From Hormiphora californensis (taxonomy: Eukaryota > Animalia > Ctenophora), in contig CM035356.1 of the NCBI GenBank assembly GCA_020137815.1, positions 3,720,001 to 3,784,000 of the forward strand: a stretch of 64,000 nucleotides of DNA, given 5' to 3'. Positions 21,386-33,736 of this stretch are shown piece after piece (within the stretch, counting starts at the first letter, position 1; every line of letters begins with the position of its first letter). The notes below the pieces were generated by a model. That model was not told the origin of the DNA, did not search any database, and saw nothing but the letters and a program-made list of their open reading frames with translations. Both the position numbers and the translations under genes were made by a program.

Positions 21386-24300
21386 ATGAACGTGATTGTC
21401 CGGCCCATACCAAAAGGAAGGCTATCCATCAGTTTCTGGTGGAAAAACAAACTAAACAAATTCGAACGAACCGAAGTTGAGCCTGTTGGGGATTTTCTAA
21501 AACGGCTGAAATCTCGATGGAAGGATGATGTGAAAAGCGTGACGGTCCTTGATAGCTCTCGGAACCCTATAGCCCACAGCCTCTGTCTGTCCACTGCGAT
21601 GAACAGTGGCAACTATCTGTGTGTGGACAAGGCCAAGCTGAATATTCTCTTTGACCCACCTGCTATTGAGAAAGTTGAGATCTACAAGGCTGCATCCCAT
21701 TTTGTAGGTTAGATTTTCATCTAGATGGGGGTGGTTTGATATCTCATTTGGGGGGGGGGGGGTATTTATATTTGTTATGGGGGGTATTGATCTCTAATAA
21801 TTGAAACAAGTAGTTTATTGGGCCAATAATAACTGTCTTAGATTAACAGTTGGCGTGTATAATAACACAAATTATATTATCAGGTTCTTGTCTGTTTGCA
21901 AACGTTACCACGGTCAAAGTTGACAAGGAAGATGTTTTGTACAGTTGGTCTGTGTCAGAAACCAATGACGGGGATTTTGTTGAGGTCTCTTCATTGCCAT
22001 ACTTATACCTTTCAACCGAATTTGATGGAAAATATGTCCGACTATCCTGTCATTCACAAGGTACATGTCCCATTTTGACCTTTCTGTTCTTTTACGGTAA
22101 AATAACAAAACTTAAACGACTAACATTTTTTACCTGTACTCTCTACTAGCTTTGCCAACCTATAATGTAAAATAGATGGAGATATTAATTACAATATTAT
22201 GATTTAGTAACATTCCATTACTGCAGGTGTTGATGTCTTACATTCGAAAACCATTGGCCCCGTTGAATCGAACCCCTCGTTTGCTCGACTGATCAGCAGA
22301 GCCCGGCCACGTCCCTCACCTGTCACGACACGTGTAATCAGTTATAACATCCTGGCGGATTCGTACATGGAAACAAGAACAAAACCAGTAATAAATCACT
22401 TCCCATGGTGTCCTAAGAAGTTCCAGGCGAGGGCATATAGGGAGCCAAGGATAGCAGCAGAAATTAGGGCACATGACCCTGATATAGTGTGTATGCAGGA
22501 GGTATGTTGTCTACTCATTTGTGACATATTGAATGTGTGTTTTACTATTTGAACGTAGTACATAAGCATATCGAAATACTTTCTCTTCCACTAGCGCACC
22601 CATCGGGTGCGCCTCAAGCAAGGGTTTTTTGATAACCCACCCGGCTTCGCCGGGTGGTTCTTTTCGCCACTTTTAACGTCAATAAAACGGTTGCCATGGC
22701 AACTGAATTGGTAACTATGGGGACTGGCCTGTTAAAAGTCATTCGAAAATTTTAACAAACTTCCACTGGAAGTTCCAAAAGTGTGAGCAACAGCTTTGGT
22801 CATATGAACTGTTTTATGAAGGAGCAGACTGTCGCTTAGATACCGCTGAACGAACGACCACTTCGACGCGACATCTCCAAATTATAATAGAGACTAGCGC
22901 ACCCATTGGGTACGCCTCAAGTAAGGGCTTTTTGATAACCCACCCGGCTTCGCCTGGTGGCTCATTTCGCCACTTTCAACGTCAATAACACGGTTGCCAT
23001 GGCAACTGAATTGGTAAACATGGTGACTGGCACGTTAAAAGTCATTCGAAAATATAAATTAACTTCCACTGGAAGTTCCAAAAGTGTGAATGACAGCTTT
23101 GGTCATATGAAGTGTTTTATGAAGGAGCAGTCTGTCGCTTAGATACCGCTGAACGAACGACTTCGACTTCGACGTTCATCTCCAAATTATAATAGAGACT
23201 AGCGCACCCATTGGGTGCGCCTCAAGTAAGGGCTTTTTGATAACCCACCCGGCTTCGCCGGGTGGTTCTTTTCGCCCCTTTCCACGTCAATAACACGGTT
23301 GCCATGGCAACTGAGTTGATAGCTATCGGGACTGGCATGTTGAAAGTCATTCGAAAGTATTAAGAAACTTCCACTGGAAGTTCCAAAAGTGTGAGCAACA
23401 GCTTTACAGCTTTGGTCATATGAAGTGTTTTATGAAGGAGCAGTCTGTCGCGTAGAAACGCACTGAACGAACGGCTTCGACCACGACGTTCATCTCCAAA
23501 TTATAATAGAGATTCTCTAAATATTTTTCCTCAGGTTGAGGGGCACGCATTTGATCAGACGCTCCAACAAATGCTACCTGAATACTGTGGAAATCTTCGG
23601 ACTGTCATGAAAGGACGAAATAAGGTGTGTAGTGGAGTGTGAATAAAGTTAGACTCAGGAATGTCATATACATATGTATATAGTATAATGTGTGTATTAA
23701 AAGATATAAAATGGGTAGAGGGGGAGGCAGAAAGAAGGAACTGGGGCCAGGAACCTGGAACTGTATCTCAATTGAAAGTTTCATGTGTTTGCCAACTCCT
23801 TGAAGAATGAATCTACTGTACTGTCAATACTCAAAAAGTAATCTCGTATTACTTTGTGACCAGCTCCAGAAACCTGATTCTGTCGAGCACTTTACCATGA
23901 ATCCCTTCCAAATTAACAGTTACTGTCAATACTCAATACTCAATATACCCCTCTGCAGGTTGGATGTTGTATCTTCTATAAGAGATCCCAGTATCATGAA
24001 CTACATTATGAAACCGTGGAGCTGCCTCAAGAATATAGCTCAGAAGGATCATTGACTGAACTAGGTAAATAATTAATTAGATAATTAATTAATTAATTTA
24101 GTTAAATTTCTAATGAAATTCCTCGGAGTTTGTTCAGTACTCCTGTATCAGAGGGAATTACTTTTTACTTATTTATTTATTTTACTTATTTATTTACTTA
24201 TTTAACACAAGTATTTATTTTCTAGGTAAAACTCTTGCTGAAAAGTTCCCAGAATTCATGGCAGACATTGCAATTCGACCCATCCTCTCTCAGATACTTT

Positions 24301-25130
24301 TCCTAAAGTCAACTGCAACGGGACAAAACCTAGTCGTGGGCAATACCCATCTATTTTGGAATCCTGAGTATGCAAAAGTTACATTCCTACACGCCCATGC
24401 GTTATGTACCAAGTTGCAGGACGTTAGAGAGAAGTTTGGAAATGCCCGGGTGGTTTTATGTGGCGATATGAACTCACAGACAACTTCACTTGTCCATGAA
24501 TACTTCACATGTGGGCGTGTTCAACCGGTGAGTAAAGTAGAAGTTACTATGGCTGCACATTACTTATTAATTACTAATTAATTACTTATTAATTACTTAT
24601 TAATTACTTATTAATTACTGCATATTAACGAGATTTTGATATCACACTACAATTACACTCTTTCCAGGACGGAACAGAGTTGGGAGACTTCTTCGCCTCT
24701 AAAATCCAGAATCCCCTATCCCTGAAACTTGCTCGAGGAGAACCCAACTTTACCAATTATACAGCTGACTTTAAGGATGTTATCGATTATGTTTTGTGTG
24801 ACTCACAATCCCAGGTAAACTTTCAAAGTACAGAGGGAGGTACAGATAGTTAGGATAGGTTGATTGTTGGTTGACTGAATTTTGTTTTCTTCTTCCGGCT
24901 GGATGAAATGATTAATGATTATGTTTTACTGGTAGTTGGACTGCTCATATAAAGTGTTTTACAACTCCCCTTTGCCTTGCTCGACCCTGTTTCACAACCC
25001 CCCTCCCCCTCAGGTAGTAGCCGTTACACCCTCGTCAGATTTAACGGACCTAGAGAGGAGTGAAGGTTGTCCAAGTGAGATCTTCCCATCAGACCACCTC
25101 CCAATCATATCCGATATCGACTTTTCCTAG
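21386..25130 (+). CDS. PDE12: 2',5'-phosphodiesterase 12 (EEP/CCR4-like). Exons 21386-21707, 21884-22060, 22227-22501, 23535-23624, 23959-24064, 24226-24527, 24668-24814, 25014-25130
   Basis: Phase-consistent GT-AG splicing; motifs RVISYNILADSY, DIVCMQEV, GCCIFY, VVGNTHLFW, LCGDMNS, FTNYT..F..VIDY, PSEIFPSDHL; PDE12-type N-terminal extension. Confidence 0.85.
22591..23512 (-). mobile_element. Three head-to-tail non-autonomous Helitron copies (22591-22893, 22894-23198, 23199-23512) in a PDE12 intron
   Basis: On the minus strand each unit starts TCTCTATTATA and ends with a CGCACCC-GGGTGCG-type hairpin plus CTAG; the array sits between A and T. Confidence 0.8.
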
Positions 25131-25508
25131 ATAGCTACAGTGACGTCACAGTGACCTCACACTCTGCAGACCAGTGACGTCACACTTCACAGCCTGCGGA
25201 GCGTAATGTGTGCAAGATTATTAAACAACTGATGAGCGATTTCTCTGTATTTGGTGTGTGCTTCTGATATTTATTGTGGGACTGTTTTACTTTTAAACTG
25301 TTTAGAAGAAAGTTAATTGTTTTTTGGAGTCAATAATTGATATTGTATTGAGAAAAAATAACACAATATACAAATTTTCCAGCTTCAACATCGATTTTTA
25401 GTTTAAAACATTGGTTTAGATTTTGGCTTGAGATTTTGAACATATGTATTATTATAATAGAGCGCAAATGACAAATGACCAAGGTCCCCTAATTAGGCAC
25501 CATGGTCC

Positions 25509-26961
25509 CTAATTTGGCACCATTGTGTAGACATGATTAATAACCGTGCACCAGTCCCGATCTTTTAACTGATATCGATTCTTGATCACCTCAACAGCAG
25601 CCACAGCATCATGGAAATCCATGCCATCCGGTTCAAAAGGGTTGGGATCAATATAGGTCTGTCGAGCTACCATGTTAAACACTTTGATGATGGACGCCAC
25701 TGCCGTTTCCTGTGTTTCCATGGTTGCCTGTACTTTGTACCCCGTCAGGGAGTTGATAACAAGGACAGTGACACACTCTTTAATACAGTTCATCTTTTGT
25801 GAGATTTGTTTAATCACTGATCCCCTCAATTCCTTCTTGCTCATCCGGCCATCTCCCTCTGTGTTCTCCAGAAGGAAGATTGTTGAGGTTAACATGGGTT
25901 GTCCAAACAACTTTGCGACGATGTCAAGGAAACAGCAGGTCAGTTCGGAGAGCTGGTTATCTTCGGTTAACTCAAGGACTATCCAAAACGAACTCATACC
26001 AAATCCTGACTTGTATTTTTTCTTAAACTTCAGGTGATTCGCCATGGAGATGATTTGATTTTGTGCAATGCTAACAGCGATCTTTTCACTACTATCGATA
26101 GAGGCAGACACATGGAGCCGCAAGCCCAACCCGTATACCTTGACCGCCTTTATTTGGCTATAACGGAGTTTGTCCTCTTTGATTGACATCATTTCTCGTA
26201 TCATCCTGCTCTCCTCGCCCGTATTTTCCTCATTATTCAGTTGAAGGCTGTAAACACCCCGCTTCTCGGCGTAATCATTTCCAAAGATGTCCTCTATATC
26301 ATTACCAACGGGGTTCAGAAAGCATTTGAATGCCATGTTACCCAGTTGTCGGGTTTTCTCCGTGCTTTTCCCAACCACCACCATGTCGCACCTTGGGGGA
26401 GTAGGGAGTTAGTGTTTTAGGGGAGGTCGGGGGAGTTAGTGTTTTAGGGGAGGTCGGGGGATTAGTGGTGTTTTGAGCAAAGTTGGTGAAAAATTTAGGA
26501 AACAAATCAATCACATTATCATGACACTCACCGGTTTTGTATGAACATCTTGATTTTTGTAATGAACTTGTGCTGCTCAGACATGGGACGTCCCATGAAC
26601 ATATTCCAGTCATAGTCCTTCTCTCTTTCAGACATCATTCCTCCAAAGTAGTCAGGCATGTAGGCTGTCCTGGAATTAGGTTTGCTAAAATCGCTAATAC
26701 TACAGTCCTACTTAACTTGTTCAAATGTTCAGACTGTCAGAGAACTGAAGTATGTATAATGAACGGTACAAATCACAGCTAGTTGAACTAACGATTAGTT
26801 ACTAACCTGAATCGAGCGTTAGTTGACAAACTTCTCTGATCATCCTCTGCTTCTTCATTCCACAGTTTCACCTCATTCCACCTCCCTTCCCCGCTAGAAG
26901 TTGGATTTGTGGACTTGGAAGCCTTTACATTACCTCCGGCCTTTGATTCCTTGTTGACCAT
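25509..26961 (-). CDS. Uncharacterised protein with degenerate AIG1/GIMAP-like GTPase fold. Exons 26961-26807, 26669-26532, 26391-25509
   Basis: Phase-consistent splicing; DMVVVGKSTEKTRQLGN at the P-loop position and FWIVLEL...LDIVAKLFGQPMLTSTIFLL resemble AIG1-type elements. Confidence 0.55.
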
Positions 26962-27622
26962 GCTCAGTAACTGCGTTTTAAGGGAGTGTCGTCGTGGTCG
27001 ATTCAGCTCTACGGTGCTGGTATATAGTCAACGAATAGCAAACAACACGATTTAGTAATGGCATGTTTTATGAAATCTCTTTTTGTAGTCAGTAACATGG
27101 CACCTGTCTGATGGAGCACTTAGGGGAATACTTTGGGCGAGGAGGTCGAGGTCGATGAACATTCGTTCTATGCTGGCGTCACTCATAACTGCCATTCATT
27201 CCTCTCGCAATCACGGTGTCAACAGTTCAGCCAAAGAAAATCCGCTGTCATACCGGCCCAATCCAAGGACGGGTCAATCGCACGTTGTCCTTTCTGAGTT
27301 GGAGAATGATGTTGGTTGTTGTAACGCGCGATAACATGCAGACGGGTATTCGCGCGCAAATTCGTCAGATCCGAAGAGCGCGCCTCTTCAAAATGTCAGG
27401 AGCGCGCGAAATAAAACATCCTCCGTTGTGATACTCCGCGCTGCGCGGCTTGAATTCGGATAACAAATTTGAAAATGTGATTTTGAATCTCCAGAATCTG
27501 AGACTCGGTTTTCTGTTTCTCCGTTTTTAACGTGCTTTTTAAGCTCTTTTTAACGTGTTGTGACTTGTAGTTCCCTAAACCTACCTCTTCCAACTCATTC
27601 ACTCACTTAGGTCCACCACGGT

Positions 27623-29920
27623 ATGGATAACAAAGGCCTGTATGACACGGAGAGAACACGAAAATATCTAAACACCCATCAAATCCCTGAAATAGTCGAA
27701 TCACTCCTCACGTCAGTTGCATTTTACCGGCCTGTGGACCCGTTCAGAGTCATCCTTCAAAACCTACATAGGCTGAAAAATGGAGAAATTCCAGGTGCGC
27801 TTATTTGGGACAGTTTTATTGAGGAGTCAGATGTTCCATGTGAAAAGATTTTCAAACCGTCTTTTATCGAACAACATATTTTTGACAATCCATTTTACCA
27901 ACAACAGCATCACAAGCAAATGAAATACGCGATCACCCATCACACAGTTAAAATTCAGAGACGATATTTTGATATTTTGCGGCTGTATCAACAAAAACGG
28001 AAGGCTGAAAAAGCGGTGGCTGCTCAAAAAACTGCACTTGCTGATGCACACTTTGGTGGGAAGCTGATTAGGCGGGTCTTTCTTCGCTGGGTTATTAGAT
28101 CTCGGCGGTACAACGCAAATGTTAGTAACGCCATCAACTTGCTGATAAAGACTCTTTCATACTCGTATGTGTCGCGATCCTTCTTGAGGTGGAAACAGTT
28201 CACAAGAGACATCCACTGGAAAAACAAGTTCTTTCAGAGCCAGCAACAAAATCAGCTGAAACAAGAAGAGGGAGACGAAAATGATGAAAATTACATATCC
28301 AAACTTCAAACCAACATCGCACTCAAGATATTTAGGTATCTAAACCTACAGAGCAGGGTACAATGTTCCATGGTGTGCAACAGCTGGCATGCAATGCTTC
28401 AAGACTGCTCCCTCTTCACTGAACTAGACCTTTCAAATTCTGGCTATGGTGAAATCACAGATACGCTTTTCCTGAACATTTTAAAACGTTACCGCTACTT
28501 TCTCTACCACGTTAAATTGGAGGGGTGTAGGTCTCTGACTTCTAGCGCATTGAACCAGTTAGCTGAATGTAAGAACCTCCAGGATATTGATTTGGCGGAC
28601 TGCAGAATTAATGTTGCAGTTATGCAGAATATTGGCCTGTCGTGTCCCTTCGTTACCTACCTGAATCTCTCTAACACGGGCCTAGACAACACCTGCTTTA
28701 TAAACATTGCCAAGAGCTTCCGGTCATTACGCTTCCTGGATGTGTCCTACAACGAAGACCTAGATGAGACTGGTTTCTACTGTCTAGTTACAAGTAAGCC
28801 CCTGAAGCATCTAGCACACATCAACCTCTCGGGGTGCTGCGGAGTAAACGGTAATTGCCTCTCATATGTGGGGCAATGTTGTCAACTACTGACCTCCTTG
28901 CTTCTTGACAATATGCCTGATTTAGCGGACGAATGCATTGCCAAAATGGCGGCGACCTGTAGCAGACTCCGTGTTCTCTCTCTCCTTCAGGCTGTCAGAC
29001 TGACAGATAGGTCTCTCCGATATATTGCCATTGCCCTCACCCATCTTGAGAAGGTGTACTTGGAGGGAAACAAGTTTGTCACGGATAATGGAGTTTCAGC
29101 GGTGCTGGGTCTAAAGAACCTCAAACACATTCACATTGTTGATTGCCTGAAAATATACGATAACTCACTCCGTCCCTGCTCCTCCCTCAACGCTCTGAGG
29201 GTGGTCAACTTGACCGATTGTGTGAGGCTAAGTGATTCAGGAATACGCTCCATTGTGGAAGGTCCCTCCGCTCACTGTCTCCGAGAAATTACACTTTCCA
29301 ACTGCATTAGGATCGGGGATCAGGCGATCTCAAAAATCATCACAAACTGCCCCAGTCTGACGGATATTTCCGTGTCGTACTGTGAAAATGTCACAGATGT
29401 GGGTGTTACAGTTTTAGCCAAGCATCAGAGTCTTTACTCAATTGATTTGTCAGGATGCAACGTTACTGATCATGGGGCCGGAATCTTGAAAATGGCCGAA
29501 AAACTGACTTACCTGTCACTATCCGAGTGTAACCTGCTCACCGACCTCGGTGTGGAAAGATTGTCGAAGATTGAAAATCTTAAATATCTGGACATATCCT
29601 ATTGCTCAAATATCACTGACTACGGAATGAAAATGTTCATTTATGAGAGGAAATCACTTATTTCGTTGAACGTAGCGGGCTGCAAAGCACTCACTAACAC
29701 CTCCCTAAGTATCATCGCCAGTGTCTGTGAGTACCTCAAACGGTTAAATCTCTCTGAGCTGAAACAGATCACGGACAAGGGGATGAGATTCATCAAAATG
29801 GGATGCTATCACCTCAGCTATCTGAATGTTTCATACTGCCCCAAACTGCACTACGGGTGTATCTCCAAGTTCATACAGCAGGGCTGCAAAGTTATCCATA
29901 CCATGAACACTAACGGATAG
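27623..29920 (+). CDS. FBXL13: F-box/LRR protein 13 (dynein regulatory complex subunit 6), intronless
   Basis: N-terminal YLNTHQIPEIVESLLTSVAFYRPVDP docking-like motif, F..W repeats, F-box ISKLQTNIALKIFRYL...VCNSW, many Cys-containing LRRs. Confidence 0.85.
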   Translation: MDNKGLYDTERTRKYLNTHQIPEIVESLLTSVAFYRPVDPFRVILQNLHRLKNGEIPGALIWDSFIEESDVPCEKIFKPSFIEQHIFDNPFYQQQHHKQMKYAITHHTVKIQRRYFDILRLYQQKRKAEKAVAAQKTALADAHFGGKLIRRVFLRWVIRSRRYNANVSNAINLLIKTLSYSYVSRSFLRWKQFTRDIHWKNKFFQSQQQNQLKQEEGDENDENYISKLQTNIALKIFRYLNLQSRVQCSMVCNSWHAMLQDCSLFTELDLSNSGYGEITDTLFLNILKRYRYFLYHVKLEGCRSLTSSALNQLAECKNLQDIDLADCRINVAVMQNIGLSCPFVTYLNLSNTGLDNTCFINIAKSFRSLRFLDVSYNEDLDETGFYCLVTSKPLKHLAHINLSGCCGVNGNCLSYVGQCCQLLTSLLLDNMPDLADECIAKMAATCSRLRVLSLLQAVRLTDRSLRYIAIALTHLEKVYLEGNKFVTDNGVSAVLGLKNLKHIHIVDCLKIYDNSLRPCSSLNALRVVNLTDCVRLSDSGIRSIVEGPSAHCLREITLSNCIRIGDQAISKIITNCPSLTDISVSYCENVTDVGVTVLAKHQSLYSIDLSGCNVTDHGAGILKMAEKLTYLSLSECNLLTDLGVERLSKIENLKYLDISYCSNITDYGMKMFIYERKSLISLNVAGCKALTNTSLSIIASVCEYLKRLNLSELKQITDKGMRFIKMGCYHLSYLNVSYCPKLHYGCISKFIQQGCKVIHTMNTNG

Positions 29921-30114
29921 CAATTTTATTATCATCTTGATCTAGAGTCATTTCTGATTTTACATACAGAGTATGTAGTTTATGTGTGTGTGTGTGTGCA
30001 AGTGTATTTGTGTTTCAATTTCATCTTTTTACACGCTTTACACCCGTTTTTGCATACATCTACAATAATTTCACATTTCATTCACACCCGCCCCATCTCC
30101 CCCCACTAGCCCAC

Positions 30115-33100
30115 ATGTTACAACAAAGACAACGACTACAACAACACGTGAACCAAAATGAGGTGGAGAGATCAAACGAGAGAATGTCATCCATCCATTG
30201 TAAGCTACAAGAGGAAGCCGAGAAAATACGAAAATGGCAGACCTGCTCAGAGATTGAGCTGAAACAAAAAGTTACCAAACTAAAGGAGTGCGAGTTACTG
30301 ATCAGTAAACAACGAAGCCAGGTGTTGGAAATGCAGATCCAAAATGAGACATTATCTTCCCAGTTGCAGAAGGAAAAGATGAATCAGTCTCACATAAACC
30401 TGAAACTGAAGACGTCTCGAGAGTTGTTTATCGCTCTAAAGAATCACTCAGAAAATCTCCAATCATCGATTATGCGTGGTGAGGATGACAGGGATTCCCT
30501 ACGAATGCTGGCTGCTGACAACATCAAACAAATAAAGGAGATGAAGCAGTCCATGCAGAATTTGGTAGATGCCAACGAGAAGAGAGTGGAGCAGCTGAAG
30601 CATCAGCTGAAGGAGAAAGAAATGGCGCTCGGTGACGTAATGAGCACATCTGAAAAACAAATCACCGCCGTCGGAAACGCCAACTCTGCACTGGAAGAGG
30701 ATCTTGGGAAGTGCCGTGAGGATATTGAGGCACTCTCCAAACAGCTCATTCAGAAACGAGACGCGGTATGTGTTCTAGAAGACAAAGTTCAAAAGTTGGA
30801 AAAGAACATAGTTGATCAGAGTGGGGTTATAGATGATCGGGACACATCTGTGTCTAATCTGAACAAACAGAACGCCGAACTGAGTACTAACTTGGCCTCC
30901 GCTACGGAGACCATTGAAACCCTCGGAAAGCAGTGTGAAGAACTCTCATCTGAGCTTGGAAAGTACAAAGTTGAGGCTGAAACCCAAATCGATGGCCTTC
31001 AGAGCGAACTTGCTGAAGTTACAGAATCGCTCACTGAGATCTCAACGGAGTACAATGAAATGGTTTCCAAACACGATAGGCTTCTGGCAGAGAACAAGAG
31101 TTGTAAGGAAAGCGTGGATCAACTCGTGAAGTGTGTGCAAGAGCTGAACTCTAAGCAGGAGGAAAATGAGAAAGAGATGGAAAGTCTAAACGAGCTCTGC
31201 TCCAAAACAAAGGAGAGCGAGACTGAGTTACGGCAACTTTTGGACGAAAAAGATACCTCCTTGGAAAGTGCTGCGTCTGCCAAAAATGAGCTTGAGGAAA
31301 ATCTGAAGGCCGTGTCTGAGGAGCTTGATCGTTTGAAAGTGAAGGACACTGAGAGTGACTCTCGAATCCACGATCTGGCACAAACAAATTCTAAACAAGC
31401 GGCTTTGATAAGTGAACTGAGAGCTGCATCAGAGGATCAGTCTAAAACTGCCCAGGAAGTCTCCTCTGATCTTGACAAGAAATCTGTCAAGCTTAGTGAT
31501 CTAGAAAAGAAGTGCACCAGCTTTGAGAAGGAGCGAGATGGCATGAGATGTACCCTTTCGGAGAAGGATTTAGAGTTGGCACGTCTGACTGAGGTGAACA
31601 CTTCCCTGAAGACACAGGTATCCGAGTTTACCGAGAAGTTTGATTCGCTCAAAGCAGAGCATGATTCCCTGACTAGCAACGTCGGGACACTCAAAGAGAC
31701 ATACTCATCTTGCTCTGAGAGCCTGGTGAAAACAAAGAAGCACTTGGTTGATCAGCAGAAAGAACTCCTTGAGAAAACTAAGGAAATGAAGAAAATGGAA
31801 ATTTCACTGGAGGAAGCATACGGTAAACATGGCAAAGACTCTAAGGAAATTGAGTCTCTGAAAAAGCAAGTTGGCGAGCTCAGCAAATCAATCTCAGAAA
31901 AAGAAAAGGAAATTGATGAGCTGAAGAAGCAAAAAAACTCTCTTGAAACTGATTTTGAATCTCTCCGTGAGACACTTAGTTCTAAATCTGATGTCTCAGA
32001 AAAGTTGTCCAGAGTGCACGAGGAGCTTTCGAAGAAAAGTGCGGCAGTTTCGGAACTGACAACAGAGTGCACGATACTAAAGAAGTGGAAGGCTGATTCT
32101 GTTGATCAATTTGCATCTGAGAAGCGGAAATTGGAGGATGATTTGTCGAGTAGGCAAGCGGACATCGCCGCTCTTGCAGAAGAGGTTAAACGAATGCAGC
32201 AGAAACTAGTCGAAACCAACAAGTCCTCTACTGAATTGAAGCAGTTACAAGGAACTGTGCAAGAGATGAAGTCCAAAAATGAGGATTTGTTCAAGTCGGT
32301 AGACGAACTGAAAGAAGATCAGCAGAAAAAGGAATCCCTTCTGAAAGACAAGGAAGCTGAACTCAAATCGTTGAAAAAAGAATGCAAGTCGTTGAGTACG
32401 AATAAGGAAAAGACACAGTTACAAGTTTCAAAATTGGAAACCAAAATTTCGGAGATTTTAAAGGAGCAGACAAACTCGAAAGCTCTTGCCCAACAACTCA
32501 AGGAGAAAGACAACCAGTTATTAAGAGTGAAAAACAGCCTAGAGGAGATCAAGCAAGAGGCAATCAAATCAGAGAAGGCATACCAAACGAAAATTCAGAA
32601 TCTCAAGGATGAAATCAGCTCCCTAAACAAAAGTAAAATCAATGCTATAATCTCCACGGCCACCAGTCGTTCTCCCTTCACTAGTCCCGTCAGATCATCC
32701 CAGCACCGTGATCAACCGAACCCTGAGTCACCTAAAACACCAGTAGTGCAGAGGAGTAAGAAGCGGAGGGTAGCGTTCGGTAAGTCTCCCTCGTGGCATG
32801 AACCGTCTGACGAGGAGGGGGAAGAGGAAGAAGAGGAGATGGAGAGTGAGGCAGTTGTATCCAGTACCACTCAACCTGCCCGGGTTAAATTCAGCAAATC
32901 CTTCTCCAAATCTCCCTCAAATGCTGCCTCTACGGCTAAGTCACCAAGACTCAAGTTCACCAAGTCACCCAAAAAGGTGACTGATATCATGGCGGCTTAT
33001 CCTTCTCCTATGCCAAATTCTAAACGTGGAGCAAAACTTCCTGAGAGTTACGTTAGGAGGCAAGACTCAAACAAGAAAAAGCAAAAACTGAAAGTTGATT

Positions 33101-33150
33101 CACAGTCGTGGTTTGACTCTGATTCGGCGTTTGGTTTTGATGAGAAGTAA
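30115..33150 (+). CDS. SYCP1: Synaptonemal complex protein 1, intronless
   Basis: MSSIHCKLQEEAEKIRKWQTCSEIELKQKVTKLKE...QRSQVLEMQIQNETLS matches the conserved SYCP1 N-terminal coiled-coil motif; long coiled coil; basic S/T-P-rich tail; ATG follows acceptor CCACTAG. Confidence 0.85.
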   Translation: MLQQRQRLQQHVNQNEVERSNERMSSIHCKLQEEAEKIRKWQTCSEIELKQKVTKLKECELLISKQRSQVLEMQIQNETLSSQLQKEKMNQSHINLKLKTSRELFIALKNHSENLQSSIMRGEDDRDSLRMLAADNIKQIKEMKQSMQNLVDANEKRVEQLKHQLKEKEMALGDVMSTSEKQITAVGNANSALEEDLGKCREDIEALSKQLIQKRDAVCVLEDKVQKLEKNIVDQSGVIDDRDTSVSNLNKQNAELSTNLASATETIETLGKQCEELSSELGKYKVEAETQIDGLQSELAEVTESLTEISTEYNEMVSKHDRLLAENKSCKESVDQLVKCVQELNSKQEENEKEMESLNELCSKTKESETELRQLLDEKDTSLESAASAKNELEENLKAVSEELDRLKVKDTESDSRIHDLAQTNSKQAALISELRAASEDQSKTAQEVSSDLDKKSVKLSDLEKKCTSFEKERDGMRCTLSEKDLELARLTEVNTSLKTQVSEFTEKFDSLKAEHDSLTSNVGTLKETYSSCSESLVKTKKHLVDQQKELLEKTKEMKKMEISLEEAYGKHGKDSKEIESLKKQVGELSKSISEKEKEIDELKKQKNSLETDFESLRETLSSKSDVSEKLSRVHEELSKKSAAVSELTTECTILKKWKADSVDQFASEKRKLEDDLSSRQADIAALAEEVKRMQQKLVETNKSSTELKQLQGTVQEMKSKNEDLFKSVDELKEDQQKKESLLKDKEAELKSLKKECKSLSTNKEKTQLQVSKLETKISEILKEQTNSKALAQQLKEKDNQLLRVKNSLEEIKQEAIKSEKAYQTKIQNLKDEISSLNKSKINAIISTATSRSPFTSPVRSSQHRDQPNPESPKTPVVQRSKKRRVAFGKSPSWHEPSDEEGEEEEEEMESEAVVSSTTQPARVKFSKSFSKSPSNAASTAKSPRLKFTKSPKKVTDIMAAYPSPMPNSKRGAKLPESYVRRQDSNKKKQKLKVDSQSWFDSDSAFGFDEK

Positions 33151-33603
33151 AGTTTTATTTCAAGATTGTGTGTAAATATTTGTTTTTATTCAAATTGTTT
33201 TCTAAGGATGTTTTTGTAAGATTGTTAATGAATAATGATGTGTGAAATTTCTATTTATGTTTGTTCTGAAATGCTCTTTTTTTATGTCTGCACGCCCGTG
33301 TTTGAATATTATGCGTATTCCCCGCCCGTCCCTTTCTTTTTCTGATGCAACTCCCCCTTGGTAATCCAATCTGGCCTGGTTTTAGAGTCTTCCCCCTCAC
33401 AAATCACAATGGAACTCTCTTTTTTCCATCCTCCTATTCCTTTTTCTCTCACTTGCCCTCTCTCTTTCTATCTCTTTCGCTATCTCTCCCTCTATGCGAT
33501 GAGAGACAAATTACTTTCATACTGCCGCGGGTGTTTGGTGCAGCTGTTGGACACAGTAGTTTCCTTGCATCATCCCCCCTTTTATTTCCTCCCCCTCTCT
33601 ATC

Positions 33604-33736
<133 letters not shown>

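Noticed and set aside
29986-30114. N-terminal extension of SYCP1 in the ORF track
   Set aside because: Starts at GTG in a (TG)n tract; the ATG at 30115 follows a splice acceptor and precedes the conserved motif
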